From contig OZ244042.1 of NCBI GenBank assembly GCA_965215015.1, positions 736,001 to 800,000 on the forward strand: a stretch of 64,000 nt of DNA, written 5' to 3'. Each line of letters begins with the position of its first letter. The first letter of the stretch is position 1. Both the position numbers and the translations under genes were made by a program. The notes under the pieces are model-generated. The model was given only the letters and a program-made list of their open reading frames with translations. It was not told the DNA's origin and made no database searches. Source of the DNA: Candidatus Poribacteria bacterium. GTDB lineage: Bacteria > Poribacteria > WGA-4E > PCPOR2b. Below, in pieces: positions 19,938 to 31,173 of the stretch.

Positions 19938-20828
19938 ATGCCAACTGAGATCAAACCCTTTGTCGAATCGAATGACCTACTCGATCAACCCGATATGCTA
20001 AGGGTCCGGGCGAAACGAGACGGGTATCTTTTCTTTCGTAACCTGATTGACCCCGACACGATTCTCCAACTCCGCCGAGATTTTCTCGAAATCTGCAATA
20101 GATACGGTTGGATTAAGGAAGGAACGGATTTGATGGATGGGATCCGAAACGGAGGTCCGTACATGGAAGGACAGGAAGAATACTGGCCCATCCTCAACGA
20201 CTTTCAAAGCTTGGAATCTTTCCACGCCTTCGCCCACTACCCATCAATCCTTGATGTTTGCGACAAACTATTTGGCGAACCGACGCTTCCCCATCCACGA
20301 AATATCGGACGAATCATGTTTCCCGAAAATATCAAGTATACGACACCTGCCCACCAGGACTATATCCATATTCAAGGCACGGAGGAGACCTATACCGCTT
20401 GGATTCCCTTGGGCGATTGTCCACAATATTTCGGGGGCTTAGCAGTGCTCGCTGGGTCCCATAAGTTTAATGTTCTACCGACGAAGCGGGCTGATGGTGC
20501 CGGCGGCTTGGGTGTGGAAACCGACCATTTAAACCTCACATGGGTCTCGGCGGATTATCGAATTGGCGACTTTTTGCTTTTCCAAAGTCTCGCTGTTCAT
20601 AAGGCACTTCCCAATCAAACGAAAGATCGGCTCCGTCTTTCCGTCGATTATCGCTATCAAGGTCAATCTCAACCGATTACGGAAGGCTCGCTCCTGCCAC
20701 ACTTCAATCGCATGTCATGGGAAGAAATCTATAAGGGCTGGAAATCAGAGGAATACCAGTACTATTGGAAAGATTTGGATCTGAAGTGTGTGCCTTTTAC
20801 CAGGAAATATCACGAAGCCAAACGTTAA
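19938..20828 (+). CDS. PhyH family dioxygenase
   Basis: RDGYLFFR, TPAHQD, WIPLGD, HKALPN, RLSVDYRYQ. Confidence 0.9.
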   Translation: MPTEIKPFVESNDLLDQPDMLRVRAKRDGYLFFRNLIDPDTILQLRRDFLEICNRYGWIKEGTDLMDGIRNGGPYMEGQEEYWPILNDFQSLESFHAFAHYPSILDVCDKLFGEPTLPHPRNIGRIMFPENIKYTTPAHQDYIHIQGTEETYTAWIPLGDCPQYFGGLAVLAGSHKFNVLPTKRADGAGGLGVETDHLNLTWVSADYRIGDFLLFQSLAVHKALPNQTKDRLRLSVDYRYQGQSQPITEGSLLPHFNRMSWEEIYKGWKSEEYQYYWKDLDLKCVPFTRKYHEAKR

Positions 20829-20871
20829 TTCCACTCCCCTCTTAAAGGCAAAAACTCATCAAGGAGAAACC

Positions 20872-22086
20872 GTGAAGATTACACAGATCGAAACCATCCG
20901 CGTTAAAGCCCAGCCACATAATATCTGGGTCCATGTCCACACCGATTCTGGTATCGTCGGCTTGGGGGAAACCTTCTATGCTCCATCGGTTGTTCGGGCG
21001 GCGATTCATGACTTTTTCGGGCCCCTCTTGATTGGTCGTGATCCATTCGAGATTGAGCGGCATTGGGAGGCGATGTTCCGCCTGTCTGACCATGCCGGGT
21101 ACGGCGGCGCAGAGATGCGGGCGATTTCGGCACTCGACATCGCTCTCTGGGATATAAAGGGTCAAGCGGTCGGATTGCCAGTCTACGAACTCCTCGGCGG
21201 TGCGGTTCGCAAACGCATCCGTGTCTACGCCACCTCGATGCCTTATGAAGGTGCAGGGGATGCAGCAAAACAGCTGCTTGATGAGGGCATCACCGCAATT
21301 AAAGGTGGACCTACTATCCCACTAGCAATTGCGAGCGATGGTCAGTTTCTCTCGCCGAAAGACCTCGACCGTGCACTCAAGCCAATCCGCGAGATTCGGG
21401 ATATGGTTGGTATGGAGATGCAGATTGCCAACGATGGTCACGGCAAATGGACGTTGCCCGTAGCGATTCGGATTGCACAGGCGATGGAACCGTACGACAT
21501 GATGTGGCAGGAGGACCTGATGCCGCTGCTCAACCCAGAAGCCCTTTTACGACTCCAAGAAGCCACAAAAACACCAGTTTGCATTTCTGAACGTCTACTC
21601 AGCCGGTGGCAACTTCGACAGTTCATTGAAAACGGCTCAGCTCGTATCGTTATGCCGGATTTAATCTGGACGGGCGGCGTTTCTGAAACGCACAAGGTTG
21701 CCATCCTTGCCTCGGCGCATCAGGTGCCATTTGCCCCGCACGATGCCACGGGACCCGTGAACATCTTTGCCTGTGCCCATATCTGCGTGAGTTCTCCAAA
21801 CGCTATGATACAGGAGCATGTGCCAAGTTTCTACAAGGGTTGGTATAACGATTTCGTTGATCCGAACCTTGACATCCGTGACGGCTTCCTCTACGCCCCG
21901 CAACGACCAGGAATCGGCACACAGCTGAAGCCCGAAGTTCGAGACAGATCAGATGCCGTTGTGACTGTGAGTGACGAACCGAGTCAGAGCACCATCGACC
22001 ATTGGGGGCCAACGTCGGTACGTAGCGCGGAGACAGAGGCAGAAGTCCAGCGGCTGCGGGAGGAACGTCTCCCACAATCTACATGA
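20872..22086 (+). CDS. Mandelate racemase/muconate lactonizing (enolase superfamily) acid-sugar dehydratase
   Basis: AAGGAG RBS before GTG 20872; HTDSGIVGLGE, SALDIALWDIKG, LLGG, PHD, PGIG. Confidence 0.9.
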   Translation: MKITQIETIRVKAQPHNIWVHVHTDSGIVGLGETFYAPSVVRAAIHDFFGPLLIGRDPFEIERHWEAMFRLSDHAGYGGAEMRAISALDIALWDIKGQAVGLPVYELLGGAVRKRIRVYATSMPYEGAGDAAKQLLDEGITAIKGGPTIPLAIASDGQFLSPKDLDRALKPIREIRDMVGMEMQIANDGHGKWTLPVAIRIAQAMEPYDMMWQEDLMPLLNPEALLRLQEATKTPVCISERLLSRWQLRQFIENGSARIVMPDLIWTGGVSETHKVAILASAHQVPFAPHDATGPVNIFACAHICVSSPNAMIQEHVPSFYKGWYNDFVDPNLDIRDGFLYAPQRPGIGTQLKPEVRDRSDAVVTVSDEPSQSTIDHWGPTSVRSAETEAEVQRLREERLPQST

Positions 22087-22097
22087 GGAATGTAACG

Positions 22098-22139
22098 CAA
22101 ATGCAAGGGCGCAAGGATTTTTTTGCGCCCTTGCATTTG
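22098..22139. terminator. 17-bp inverted repeat hairpin (terminator or RNA-stabilising repeat)
   Basis: caaatgcaagggcgcaa...ttgcgcccttgcatttg; related sequences near 23019 and 39804. Confidence 0.55.
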
Positions 22140-22233
22140 ATTTTCTTCCGCCTAAACGGTCGTTTAGCCTCGTCTCGGATGGAACATGGGTTCAAGAGTT
22201 CATGGGTTTATTCACGCATAAGGAGATCTAATC

Positions 22234-23007
22234 ATGAGTATCAGAACGAATAAGTTGAAGCAAAAATTAGCAGAAGGCGGATTGGTACTAAGTGGTGGTG
22301 TACGCCTACCTGAACCGGGTCTTGTTGAGGTGATGGGATATGCCGGGGTTGATTATGTCCTGATTGACGCAGAGCACGGCTCTATGGGTTGGACGGAAAT
22401 AGAGCGGATGGTTCTTGCTGCCTATGCGGCGGATACCACACCCATCGTTCGCGTCCACCAGAACGATGAAGCGAGAATTATGCGTGCGCTCGATCTGGGC
22501 GCGATGGGAGTGCTTGTCCCGCACATCCGCAACGCTGAAGAGGCGCAGCAGGTCGTGGACGGTGCATACTACCCGCCGCAGGGCAAACGCGGTGTGGGTC
22601 CCAGTCGAGGCATCAAGTTTGGAGCGGTGTCGTCGGCAGACTATTATGCCAATATCAACAATGAGGTCTCCGTCTCGTTGATGATCGAAGATGCCGAAGC
22701 AATCGACAATATTAATAAAATTGTGGAGGTCGAAGGCATTGATGTCCTGAATGTAGGAACAAGCGATTTGGCGGCTTCGTTGGGTGTGCCGGGGCAGCCG
22801 TTGCACGCGAAGGTCGCCGCAGCCTCCGAGAAGGTGCTCGCCGCTGCGGCGCGAAAAGGCATCGCTGTCGGTTATCCGACCCGCAGCTTGGAAGATGGGG
22901 TACAAGCGATAAAACGCGGGTTCCGCGTGCTGTCTTGCGGTAACGCAGCTCCAATACTTTTTGAAGCTGTCCAGCAAAAGCTGGAGGTATTGCGAGGCGC
23001 GCTGTAA
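22234..23007 (+). CDS. HpcH/HpaI aldolase family
   Basis: IDAEHG, RALDLGAMGVLVP, YPPQGKRG, MIED, VGTSDL. Confidence 0.92.
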   Translation: MSIRTNKLKQKLAEGGLVLSGGVRLPEPGLVEVMGYAGVDYVLIDAEHGSMGWTEIERMVLAAYAADTTPIVRVHQNDEARIMRALDLGAMGVLVPHIRNAEEAQQVVDGAYYPPQGKRGVGPSRGIKFGAVSSADYYANINNEVSVSLMIEDAEAIDNINKIVEVEGIDVLNVGTSDLAASLGVPGQPLHAKVAAASEKVLAAAARKGIAVGYPTRSLEDGVQAIKRGFRVLSCGNAAPILFEAVQQKLEVLRGAL

Positions 23008-23112
23008 CTCGGCATTTTTAACGCAAGGGCACCGGGGTGCAAAGACTCAAAATCTTTGCGTCCTTGAGTTGACATCTTTCTCAACCGACCATTTAGAAAG
23101 GCAACAAGAGTT

Positions 23113-24090
23113 ATGGAATATGTGAACTTCGGAAAAGCGGGCGTTCAAGTGAGTCGATTGGCACTCGGTTTAGGGTTCAGAGGACAGGGGGATGAAGCTG
23201 AGGCGCAGCGAGTCATCGAACACACAATTGATCAGGGAATCAACCTGATTGACTGTGCCAACGTATACGGGACAATGGACGACCGTGCCAACATCGGTCG
23301 TTCAGAAATTATTCTGGGGAAAGCCCTGAAGGGTAAACGTGACGATGTTGTAATTACCTCAAAGGTTGCTAGCCCAATCGGCGATGGACCAAACGACCAA
23401 GGGTTGTCTAGATTCCATATCATGCGCGAAGTTGAAAAATCGCTAACTCGTTTGGACACAGATCATATTGATGTTTACCTCGTCCATACATTTGATGAAT
23501 CCACTCCCCTTGAGGAGACGATTCGCGCATTGGATGACATAGTTCGTTCAGGCAAAGTCCGCTATGTTGGATGTTGTAACTATGCAGCATGGCAGGTCTG
23601 CAAGGGCTTGTGGGTCGCGGATCGGTACAATGCGACGCCGTATATGTGCGTCCAGAATCAATACAATCTGCTGACCCGGCAGCTTGAGGGCGAAATGTTC
23701 GCGCTTGTGCGGGACCAAGGATTGGGGGTCATGGTATACAGTCCGTTGGCGGTGGGCCTTTTAAGCGGCGTCTATTCACCAGACCGCCCTGCACCGGAGG
23801 GAACCCTCTGGGCAACACGGCTGCGGGAGGAATTTCCAGCAGCAATACAGGGAGCTGCAAGTCAGGTTATATCAACTGTGATTGAACTTGCGAAAGAATT
23901 GGGGGTAACACCCGCACAATTGGCACTCGCTTGGGTGCTATCCCACCCAGAAATCACGGTCGCGATTACGGGTGGAGACACCATCGAGCACCTGAACGAT
24001 AACATCGGTGCGGTTGGCTGGAGGCTTGACGACTCGGTGCGGGAAACCCTCGACACTGTATCAGAAGCGTTCAGGTTCACGGGTGGGTAG
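23113..24090 (+). CDS. Aldo/keto reductase
   Basis: IDCANVYG, SEIILG, SLTRLDTDHIDVY, GKVRYVGCCN, YSPLAVG. Confidence 0.92.
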   Translation: MEYVNFGKAGVQVSRLALGLGFRGQGDEAEAQRVIEHTIDQGINLIDCANVYGTMDDRANIGRSEIILGKALKGKRDDVVITSKVASPIGDGPNDQGLSRFHIMREVEKSLTRLDTDHIDVYLVHTFDESTPLEETIRALDDIVRSGKVRYVGCCNYAAWQVCKGLWVADRYNATPYMCVQNQYNLLTRQLEGEMFALVRDQGLGVMVYSPLAVGLLSGVYSPDRPAPEGTLWATRLREEFPAAIQGAASQVISTVIELAKELGVTPAQLALAWVLSHPEITVAITGGDTIEHLNDNIGAVGWRLDDSVRETLDTVSEAFRFTGG

Positions 24091-24387
24091 CCTTTGAAAA
24101 GATTGGGCGTTAACCTGTCGTATGTGCATAGTCAAAAATCGATATGTTATCCACAATTAATTTTCTAGTACAAGTTGCTCCTAAACCGGGAAGAACATCA
24201 CTTACGCAGAACGTTCAGGAGTGTTATAGCTGCTTGGGTTCCCTCACATACCACTCCGTTGGAGCGAAAGATTGAACCTTTCAACTTTAACGGAAGACCG
24301 ATGAAATTTTTAATAGACACCGACTCAAGTTAATTCAAGCAAAACCTTCCCGACAACTTCCATTTCAATTGTGCGTGATCGGAGATT

Positions 24388-25551
24388 ATGGACTCAACGA
24401 AAAATAGGATCGAACCTATCTGGACAACGATAGATGATAAAACGAGGTATCCCATCTATATTGGAACTGATATTATTTCCGAATTTGGGGGTCTCTTTAA
24501 GGAGCATCTGCCGCGTTGCTCTCAGGCGTTATTGGTGACCAATCAAACCGTTGAAGAAGTTCATGCCGCTAAAATCTCCCAAATTTCTGAGAACCTCGCA
24601 AATCTCGGAGTAGACCTAATCGTTGAAGCGATTCCAGAAGGGGAAAGAACAAAATCCTATTGGGGCCTTGGGATGTTGTACGATTTCTTCGCGGAGCATC
24701 AGTTGGATAGGCAATCTGTCATTATCGCAATGGGAGGCGGCGTCATCGGCGACTTGGCGGGATTTGCTGCGAGTACGTTTTTGCGTGGGCTTCCATTGAT
24801 TCATATTCCCACCACACTCATCGCTCAAGCTGACAGTAGCCTTGGCGGGAAGGTCGCCATCAATCTGGCGAGACTAAAGAACATCGTCGGCGGGTTTTAC
24901 CATCCAGAAATGATCTTCATGGATGTCAGCTTTCTGCAAACCCTCAACTTGCGAGAGTTAAGGGCGGGTCTTGCCGAGGTGGTCAAGTACGCTGTAATTA
25001 TGGACGGAGAGCTATTTAACTATTTAGAGGCTAACGTAGAGAATATAATCGCGAAAGATTCTGATGTTTTAGAAAAACTGGTTAGAAGATGTTGTGAACA
25101 TAAAATTGCAGTTGTGGAGGCGGATCCGGAAGAAAGAACCGACCGCCGGGCTATTCTAAATTATGGGCACACGATTGGACATGCCTTAGAATCACTCTAT
25201 CACAGATACTTACACGGCGAAGCGGTTTCTGTGGGCATGGTTGCAGCCTCACACCTTGCAGTTAAAACGCAGATTTTCCCTCCCGCAGATGCTGAGAGAC
25301 AATCAAAGTTATTATCTAGAATTGGCCTGCCGACCGAGGCGTTAGGCGTTTCGATAGATCCGTTGCTTCAACCGATGTTATATGATAAAAAGCGGCGGGG
25401 GAACACTTTGCGATTTGTGTTGCCGACAAAAATTGGGGCAATAACCATAAAGGACGTACCCAAAAAGGATCTCCCGGATTTGCTTCAATACTTGGTAGAA
25501 AAGAGGGTCTTTAGTCCGTCAGAAAATGCTATCGCTACCTATGGGGGATAG
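24388..25551 (+). CDS. aroB: 3-dehydroquinate synthase
   Basis: GGGVIGDLAGF, PTTL, DSSLGGK, KNIVGGFYHP, LNYGHTIGHALE, HGEAV. Confidence 0.9.
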   Translation: MDSTKNRIEPIWTTIDDKTRYPIYIGTDIISEFGGLFKEHLPRCSQALLVTNQTVEEVHAAKISQISENLANLGVDLIVEAIPEGERTKSYWGLGMLYDFFAEHQLDRQSVIIAMGGGVIGDLAGFAASTFLRGLPLIHIPTTLIAQADSSLGGKVAINLARLKNIVGGFYHPEMIFMDVSFLQTLNLRELRAGLAEVVKYAVIMDGELFNYLEANVENIIAKDSDVLEKLVRRCCEHKIAVVEADPEERTDRRAILNYGHTIGHALESLYHRYLHGEAVSVGMVAASHLAVKTQIFPPADAERQSKLLSRIGLPTEALGVSIDPLLQPMLYDKKRRGNTLRFVLPTKIGAITIKDVPKKDLPDLLQYLVEKRVFSPSENAIATYGG

Positions 25552-26276
25552 TTTTTATGTCGAAATAACGCAAGTTGCTCCATTGGAGCTTTTCGTTAGT
25601 TCATTGAATATATATAGTACTCCCTTTCTCATAAGATTGGGAAATTCAAAACAAGCATCGGGCAACCAGCCAGAAACGAAGTGCTTGTCCACAATTGCCT
25701 CAAGCACATTAATCCATATTTATTACGACTTACGCGCTCCGATTGTGAAAATCGTTAACCCTATTTCATACCACGCATGAATATGACTTTGACATACGAC
25801 AATGGAAATCCAATCGTGGACACAGGTTTTCCAACCTGTGGTCGCCGGCAGGTTAGGCAACTTACCCCATGACGGGGTTCCCCCAAGGTTCTGATTGCTT
25901 CATCTGCGTGAGCCCTATTCATATCTCAATATCTCAATGCCGATTTTGGAAAATCAACCGACAGCAGGGTAGCTGCACCAATGAACTAGTTGTTTTCACG
26001 TTTGACGCCTCACGCGCTTCGCGTATTGCACTTTCTTTCGTAATGAGTAGTTATTGGCTTTTCTCTGAATTTAACGCAACATTGCACCCCCCGCAAGCGG
26101 GGAGAGGGGGAGGCGGGAAGCCGGTTCTCTCGTTTTCTTTTTTTGGCATCTTAGCCCCCTTGCATCTTTGCGTTTTATTAAAAGCTAGTAACAACTTATC
26201 CCCTTTCTTTTAACATGAACCTTGAAATGTTAGGAGAGAATCCCTAAAATTCGACACTCAGAAATGGAGGAATATA

Positions 26277-27476
26277 ATGTCCGAAACGATGCAAACCAGT
26301 TTCGATCTGTTACTTAAAGGTGGCCACGTCATTGACCCCAAAAACAACATCGATCAGACGATGGATGTTGGGATTGCGGATGGGAAAATCGCACGCGTGG
26401 CAGAGAACATTCCGGAGGTTGAAGGAGAAAAGGTTGTTCATGTCGATGGGCTTTACGTCACGCCCGGCTTACTGGATATACACGTTCACGCCTACGCCGG
26501 CACCGGTCAGCGAAACGCCTACTGCGGCGATAATTCCCTATATCCCGATGGATACCATTTTCGCACAGGTGTGACGACGGTTCTTGATGTTGGAAGCTCA
26601 GGGTGGCGAAATTTCCCCGATTTCAAAGACCGCGTCATTGACCGAGCGAAGACCCGCGTTTTTGCACTGCTCAACATCGTGGGACACGGCATGGGTGGCG
26701 GTGCCATCGAGCAGAATATAGCGGATATGGAGCCCGAAGCAACGGCGAAAGTCGCTGAACGATACCCCGATATTGTTGTGGGAATTAAGACCGCACACTA
26801 CGCAGGGCCTGAGTGGATCGGGGTTGACCGCGCTGTGGAAGCTGGGCGATTGGTGAGCTTGCCGGCCATGATTGATTTTGGCGCATTTCGTCCGGAGCGT
26901 CCTTATCCAGAGATGATACTTGAGCATATACGCCCCGGCGACATCAGCACTCACATGTACCAAGCCGCGATACCCATGTTCGATGAGAAGGGGAAGTTGC
27001 AGCCATACTTTGCAGAAGCTCGCGAGCGCGGAGTCAAGTTTGACGTGGGACACGGCGCTGGAAGTTTCGTATGGAAACATGCAATACCTGCCATCGAACA
27101 GGGGTGGATACCAGATTCCATTTCGACAGACCTCCACACCGGTTGCATGAATGCCGGGATGAAGGACATGGTAACAACGATATCAAAGATTCTGAATCAA
27201 GGCGTTCCTCTGTTCGATGTCATCAAAATGTCAACGATTAATCCGGCCTTAATGATCAATCGCCCCGAATATGGCCACTTGAGTGTCGGTGCGACAGCGG
27301 ATGTCGCCGTGCTCAAACTAAATGAGGGCGAATTTGGATTTCTAGATGTCAGCAGGGCACTCTTCGTAGGGAATCAGAAGCTAGAGTGTGAGTTGACTTT
27401 GATCGATGGACAGGTTGAGTGGGATCTGAACGGACGCGCTGGTGTGGATTGGCAGGAGTTTTATGCCACGGCGTAG
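26277..27476 (+). CDS. Amidohydrolase/deacetylase (dihydroorotase-like metallohydrolase)
   Basis: PGLLDIHVH, GVTTVLDVGSSG, FDVGHG, ISTDLH. Confidence 0.88.
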   Translation: MSETMQTSFDLLLKGGHVIDPKNNIDQTMDVGIADGKIARVAENIPEVEGEKVVHVDGLYVTPGLLDIHVHAYAGTGQRNAYCGDNSLYPDGYHFRTGVTTVLDVGSSGWRNFPDFKDRVIDRAKTRVFALLNIVGHGMGGGAIEQNIADMEPEATAKVAERYPDIVVGIKTAHYAGPEWIGVDRAVEAGRLVSLPAMIDFGAFRPERPYPEMILEHIRPGDISTHMYQAAIPMFDEKGKLQPYFAEARERGVKFDVGHGAGSFVWKHAIPAIEQGWIPDSISTDLHTGCMNAGMKDMVTTISKILNQGVPLFDVIKMSTINPALMINRPEYGHLSVGATADVAVLKLNEGEFGFLDVSRALFVGNQKLECELTLIDGQVEWDLNGRAGVDWQEFYATA

Positions 27477-27516
27477 GTGTATTTAAGTAACCCTCTTGCT
27501 AAAAAGTCAATTGATT

Positions 27517-27689
27517 GAAGGGTGCTCATAAAGTGGTAGGCACGCTCCGTCGTGCCGTAGACCCCACAATCGTTACGGGATATGGCTTGGTTAACACCCA
27601 ACTGCCACTAAACTCGCACCCCGAGTGGGGACAAACAAAATATCCCCAACCCTGTCGGTGCGGCAGCTTGCCCCATCTACCACCTGAGA
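27517..27689. mobile_element. Truncated copy of the GAAGGGTGCTCATAA MITE
   Basis: Colinear with the first ~175 nt of 34161-34400; right terminal repeat missing. Confidence 0.75.
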
Positions 27690-27717
27690 CCAATAATGGA
27701 AAGCCAATCACAACCGA

Positions 27718-28730
27718 CTATCTCCCGGCTGCCTTAATCTGTCCCCAATATGTGGCGACATTCCCCTCCAACGAGACAGATAAAGCATGAACCGACCAAT
27801 CCGGTGAAAAATCAATCCGCGCCGGATGATCAACCAACTGGACAATTTCCTTTGTCTCAAAGGTGTATCGATAAATATCGTAAAAGTTCCTTCGATTTAC
27901 TTGAGGGCCCCCTCCAAAGAGAAGGTGCTTTCCATCCGGAGACCAACAAAGCGTGTCCAACAAAAATCCCTCCGGCAACGGCAGTGCTACCCGCTTGTGC
28001 TTCCAACGCTTGGCCCTCACTCTCGTGGCAAGCATCAGCGTCCCAGCCCAGACTTTATTATCTTTCCAAGTGAAATACGCAATCTGTGTTCCATCCGGGG
28101 ACCATTCGGCATTCCCTTTACCAAACCTCTCCTCCCGTGGGCTGACGGGGTGTATATTTTTCCCATTGGGGCTCATTAAATAAATCCCACTGCCGCCAAA
28201 CTGAACCCGTTCAAAGGCAATCCATCTACCATCCGGAGACCACACCGGGTTAGCGGTAAACTAAACTCTCTATCGCGTCTATAATCGGTCAACCTACGGA
28301 CATTCTGACCATCGGCGTCCATAACGTAAGTATTGATACCACCATCGCGATTACTGAGAAAGAGAATCTGCTTCCCGTCGGGAGACCAATCGGGAGAGCC
28401 ATCGAGACCGGGGTGTTGAGTGAGGTTACGCACGTTGCTCCCATCGGCATCCATCACATAAATATCATCGTCTCCAACAAGAATCTCTGGATTTTTAGAA
28501 CGGTTGCTTATAAAAGCGATTTGCTTCCCGTCAGGAGACCAGTCGGCACGAAAATCACGAGCCGGGTGTTGGGTGAGGTTACGTAGGTTACCACCATTGG
28601 CATCCATCACATAAATTTCCGCGTTTCCATCACGGGTGGTCTCAAAGACAATTTTACCATTTAGGGCAGTTACTTGCCCTACTACGATAGAAAGCAGAAA
28701 CAGTACCAACAGAAAAACAGCGCGTTGCAT
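27718..28730 (-). pseudogene. Secreted TolB/PD40-repeat protein split by a 5-bp duplication frameshift
   Basis: Signal peptide, RDGNAEIYVMD and WSPDG repeats spread over two frames; aaact-aaact at 28258-28267; C-terminus LSVSLEGNVATYWGQIK. Confidence 0.85.
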
Positions 28731-28756
28731 GATATACCTCCTTATGAGTTGAAAAG

Positions 28757-28784
28757 GTAGGGGATAACGATTATTATCCCCTAC
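28757..28784. repeat. GTAG...CTAC hairpin (REP-like)
   Basis: gtaggggataa-cgatta-ttatcccctac; similar GTAG/CTAC-type hairpins at 17674-17704 and 62820-62847. Confidence 0.65.
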
Positions 28785-29457
28785 AGTTGAAAGTCGCTTG
28801 ATACCAAGGGACCTCTAGAGGAAAAAATCATATACCTCACTGGCTTTGGGGGTGCTAAACAAGTGTGTTGTTAGCCCACCCTCGACTGTTCTCACTCGCA
28901 ATTGGGTGTATGCTCTGATCCTATGCAGCCCGACTCGGCCGGAGACATCTACCATGTTCCACCACCAGTTAATATCATTTTCGCCGTTGTCCAGTGTGTC
29001 TGCACCCGGGGGTGCTACCTGGTCTATCGTGTCATCGTCAACGAATTGCTCCTGGGCATTGGGAAGAATCTGGTAGACCTTGTGTGAAAACTCAAAGGAG
29101 CGAAGTCAATTCGCCTGTGCGAATTAGTCTCGAATTGGATTGTCCACAATCGAGCGTTGAAACACAACACAATGATGCAAGTACCATGCCAATACTCGAT
29201 ATGCCGTATCTATTGAGGGCACCCGCATGTAAATATTTTTCTTGGCGATAGCAGGAATTGAGGTAATGTATAAACCCTTCAAACCGATAAGGAGCACATC
29301 AAATGGCTGATACACCTATGACTTCCATAGAAACCCATTTTTCCGAATTAATAGTCCCATTGTCCGCGTTGGTGTTCAGTAAGTGACCAGAGGTGTTCAT
29401 AAAATAGCCAAGGTGAGGGAAACTTTGTATGCACTATCAGATCCCACACGCATGAGT

Positions 29458-31134
29458 CTAACTTCCGGTAAAGGCACTTTTCCGTTCGATGATGTATTCC
29501 GTCAAAGGGCTGGGAGATGCCTGAATCCGCACGTTGACTAATGCGGGTTTGTCCGAAGCGAGGGCCCGTTCCAGGGCACCGGGTAGTTGATGCACCTCCT
29601 CGACATACTCGCCGTGGGCACCGAGTGCCTCCGCCACCTTGTCGTAACGCGAGGGCAGCAGCTCGGTCGCCACACTTTTTCCGAAGAGTTGCACCTGCTG
29701 GTGGTAGTCAATTCCCCAGACGCTATCGTTTCCAATCACAATGACCACGGGCAAGTTGTGCCGCACGGCGGTGTCCAACTCCATGCCGCTGAACCCGAAG
29801 GCACCATCTCCGGTGAGTACCACTACTTTGGATTGAGGGAGCGCGGCTTGAGCACCGACGCCATAGGATACGCCCCATCCAATCATTCCGAGCGTGCTAT
29901 TGGTAAACCAGCGTCTAGGACGAAGGCTGGGATAGTAGGGGGTCCCATAGAAGGAGAAGTCACTGCCCTCGAAGATTAAACAGTCATTCTCGTCTAGAAG
30001 GGAGCGTAGATGCTTGTGAACGGACATTGCGTGTAACGGGGTGGTGCTCGCTGCCCGGTTGTCCAAATCTTGCTCTTGGGCATCGCGGGTGGATCTGAGT
30101 TCTTCAACGATTGGCTGTTCGTTCCACCGATACCCCTCGGCTTCCTGCGCCAACTGCTTTACCACCGCGCCGACATCTCCTAAAATGCCAACATCAACGC
30201 TGCGTGGGAGACCAATCTGCTCCGCTGACGGATCCACTTGGATGATGTGTACGTCAGCGGCAAGGGTCGGTGGACCGCCGAAGGAGACGGTGAAGTCCAA
30301 TTTCTTACCGAGAAGTAGCACAACATCCGCTTCTTCCAGGCGACGTGAGACAATATTGACCCTTCCGTCCGCGAATCCGAAGCAGTAGGGGTGGGTATCG
30401 GGAACAAGTCCGCGGGCTACCTCCTCGGTGAACAGCGGAAGCTGCGTTATTTCCAAGAACCGCTGCAAATCTTCCTGATTTACGGAGTCCGTTGCATTGC
30501 TCGCTAACACCATAGGACGTTGTGCGCTCTGGAGCAATTCTATCGCTTCCCGTACAAGGGTCGGGTCCCCCATGACTCGACCGGAGCGGCGGTACACTTC
30601 GGGTGAGTCAAAATGTACCCGACTCGTATCCACTTCAGCATTTTGGACATCTACGGGTATGGTCAAGTGAATAGGACCCCGCCTACCTGCTAAGGCGGTG
30701 CGGAAAGCGCGGGCGAAAAACTCTGGGATTCGGTACGGGTCGGAGATGAACCACGCCCCTTTTGTGATGGGTTTCGCCATTCCAACCTGATCAATCTCTT
30801 GCTGTGCGATACCCTGTCCCAGTTGGTTCTGCGCTGCACAACCTGTGATGTTAATGACCGGCGATTCCATGTGATACGCCAACGCCAGTCCGGGGATAGC
30901 GTTCACATGCCCCGGCGAGGTAAACATCGATATTCCGGGGGAGCCGGTGATTCGACCCCACGCATTTGCCATGTCTACCGCAGCCTGCTCGTGACGGGTA
31001 TCAAAAAACTGAAAGCCCTCCTCCGCCATAACGTCCATCAGATGTAGGGTGTGATCACCCGCTAGGGTAAAGATTTGCTCTACCCCTTCCGCCTGCAACG
31101 CTTGGACGATAAGGTGTGAACCTGTTGCCTTCAT
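29458..31134 (-). CDS. Thiamine pyrophosphate-binding enzyme (acetolactate synthase / 2-hydroxyacyl-CoA lyase-like)
   Basis: RHEQAA, SPGHVN, GDGAFGFSGME...ND TPP motif. Confidence 0.9.
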   Translation of the reverse strand: MKATGSHLIVQALQAEGVEQIFTLAGDHTLHLMDVMAEEGFQFFDTRHEQAAVDMANAWGRITGSPGISMFTSPGHVNAIPGLALAYHMESPVINITGCAAQNQLGQGIAQQEIDQVGMAKPITKGAWFISDPYRIPEFFARAFRTALAGRRGPIHLTIPVDVQNAEVDTSRVHFDSPEVYRRSGRVMGDPTLVREAIELLQSAQRPMVLASNATDSVNQEDLQRFLEITQLPLFTEEVARGLVPDTHPYCFGFADGRVNIVSRRLEEADVVLLLGKKLDFTVSFGGPPTLAADVHIIQVDPSAEQIGLPRSVDVGILGDVGAVVKQLAQEAEGYRWNEQPIVEELRSTRDAQEQDLDNRAASTTPLHAMSVHKHLRSLLDENDCLIFEGSDFSFYGTPYYPSLRPRRWFTNSTLGMIGWGVSYGVGAQAALPQSKVVVLTGDGAFGFSGMELDTAVRHNLPVVIVIGNDSVWGIDYHQQVQLFGKSVATELLPSRYDKVAEALGAHGEYVEEVHQLPGALERALASDKPALVNVRIQASPSPLTEYIIERKSAFTGS

Positions 31135-31173
31135 AATAAATTTCTCCTTGTACAACTTGGCTGTGGAAAGCCC

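Noticed and set aside
24388-25551. 2-deoxy-scyllo-inosose or epi-valiolone synthase of an aminocyclitol cluster with DegT/AAC(3)
   Set aside because: Motifs (DSSLGGK, KNIVGGFYHP) fit ordinary DHQ synthase, and the gene is 18 kb from the aminotransferases.
25550-26270. Short ORFs or ncRNA between aroB and the amidohydrolase
   Set aside because: No protein-like or RNA-family features recognised, only fragments of the repeat families.
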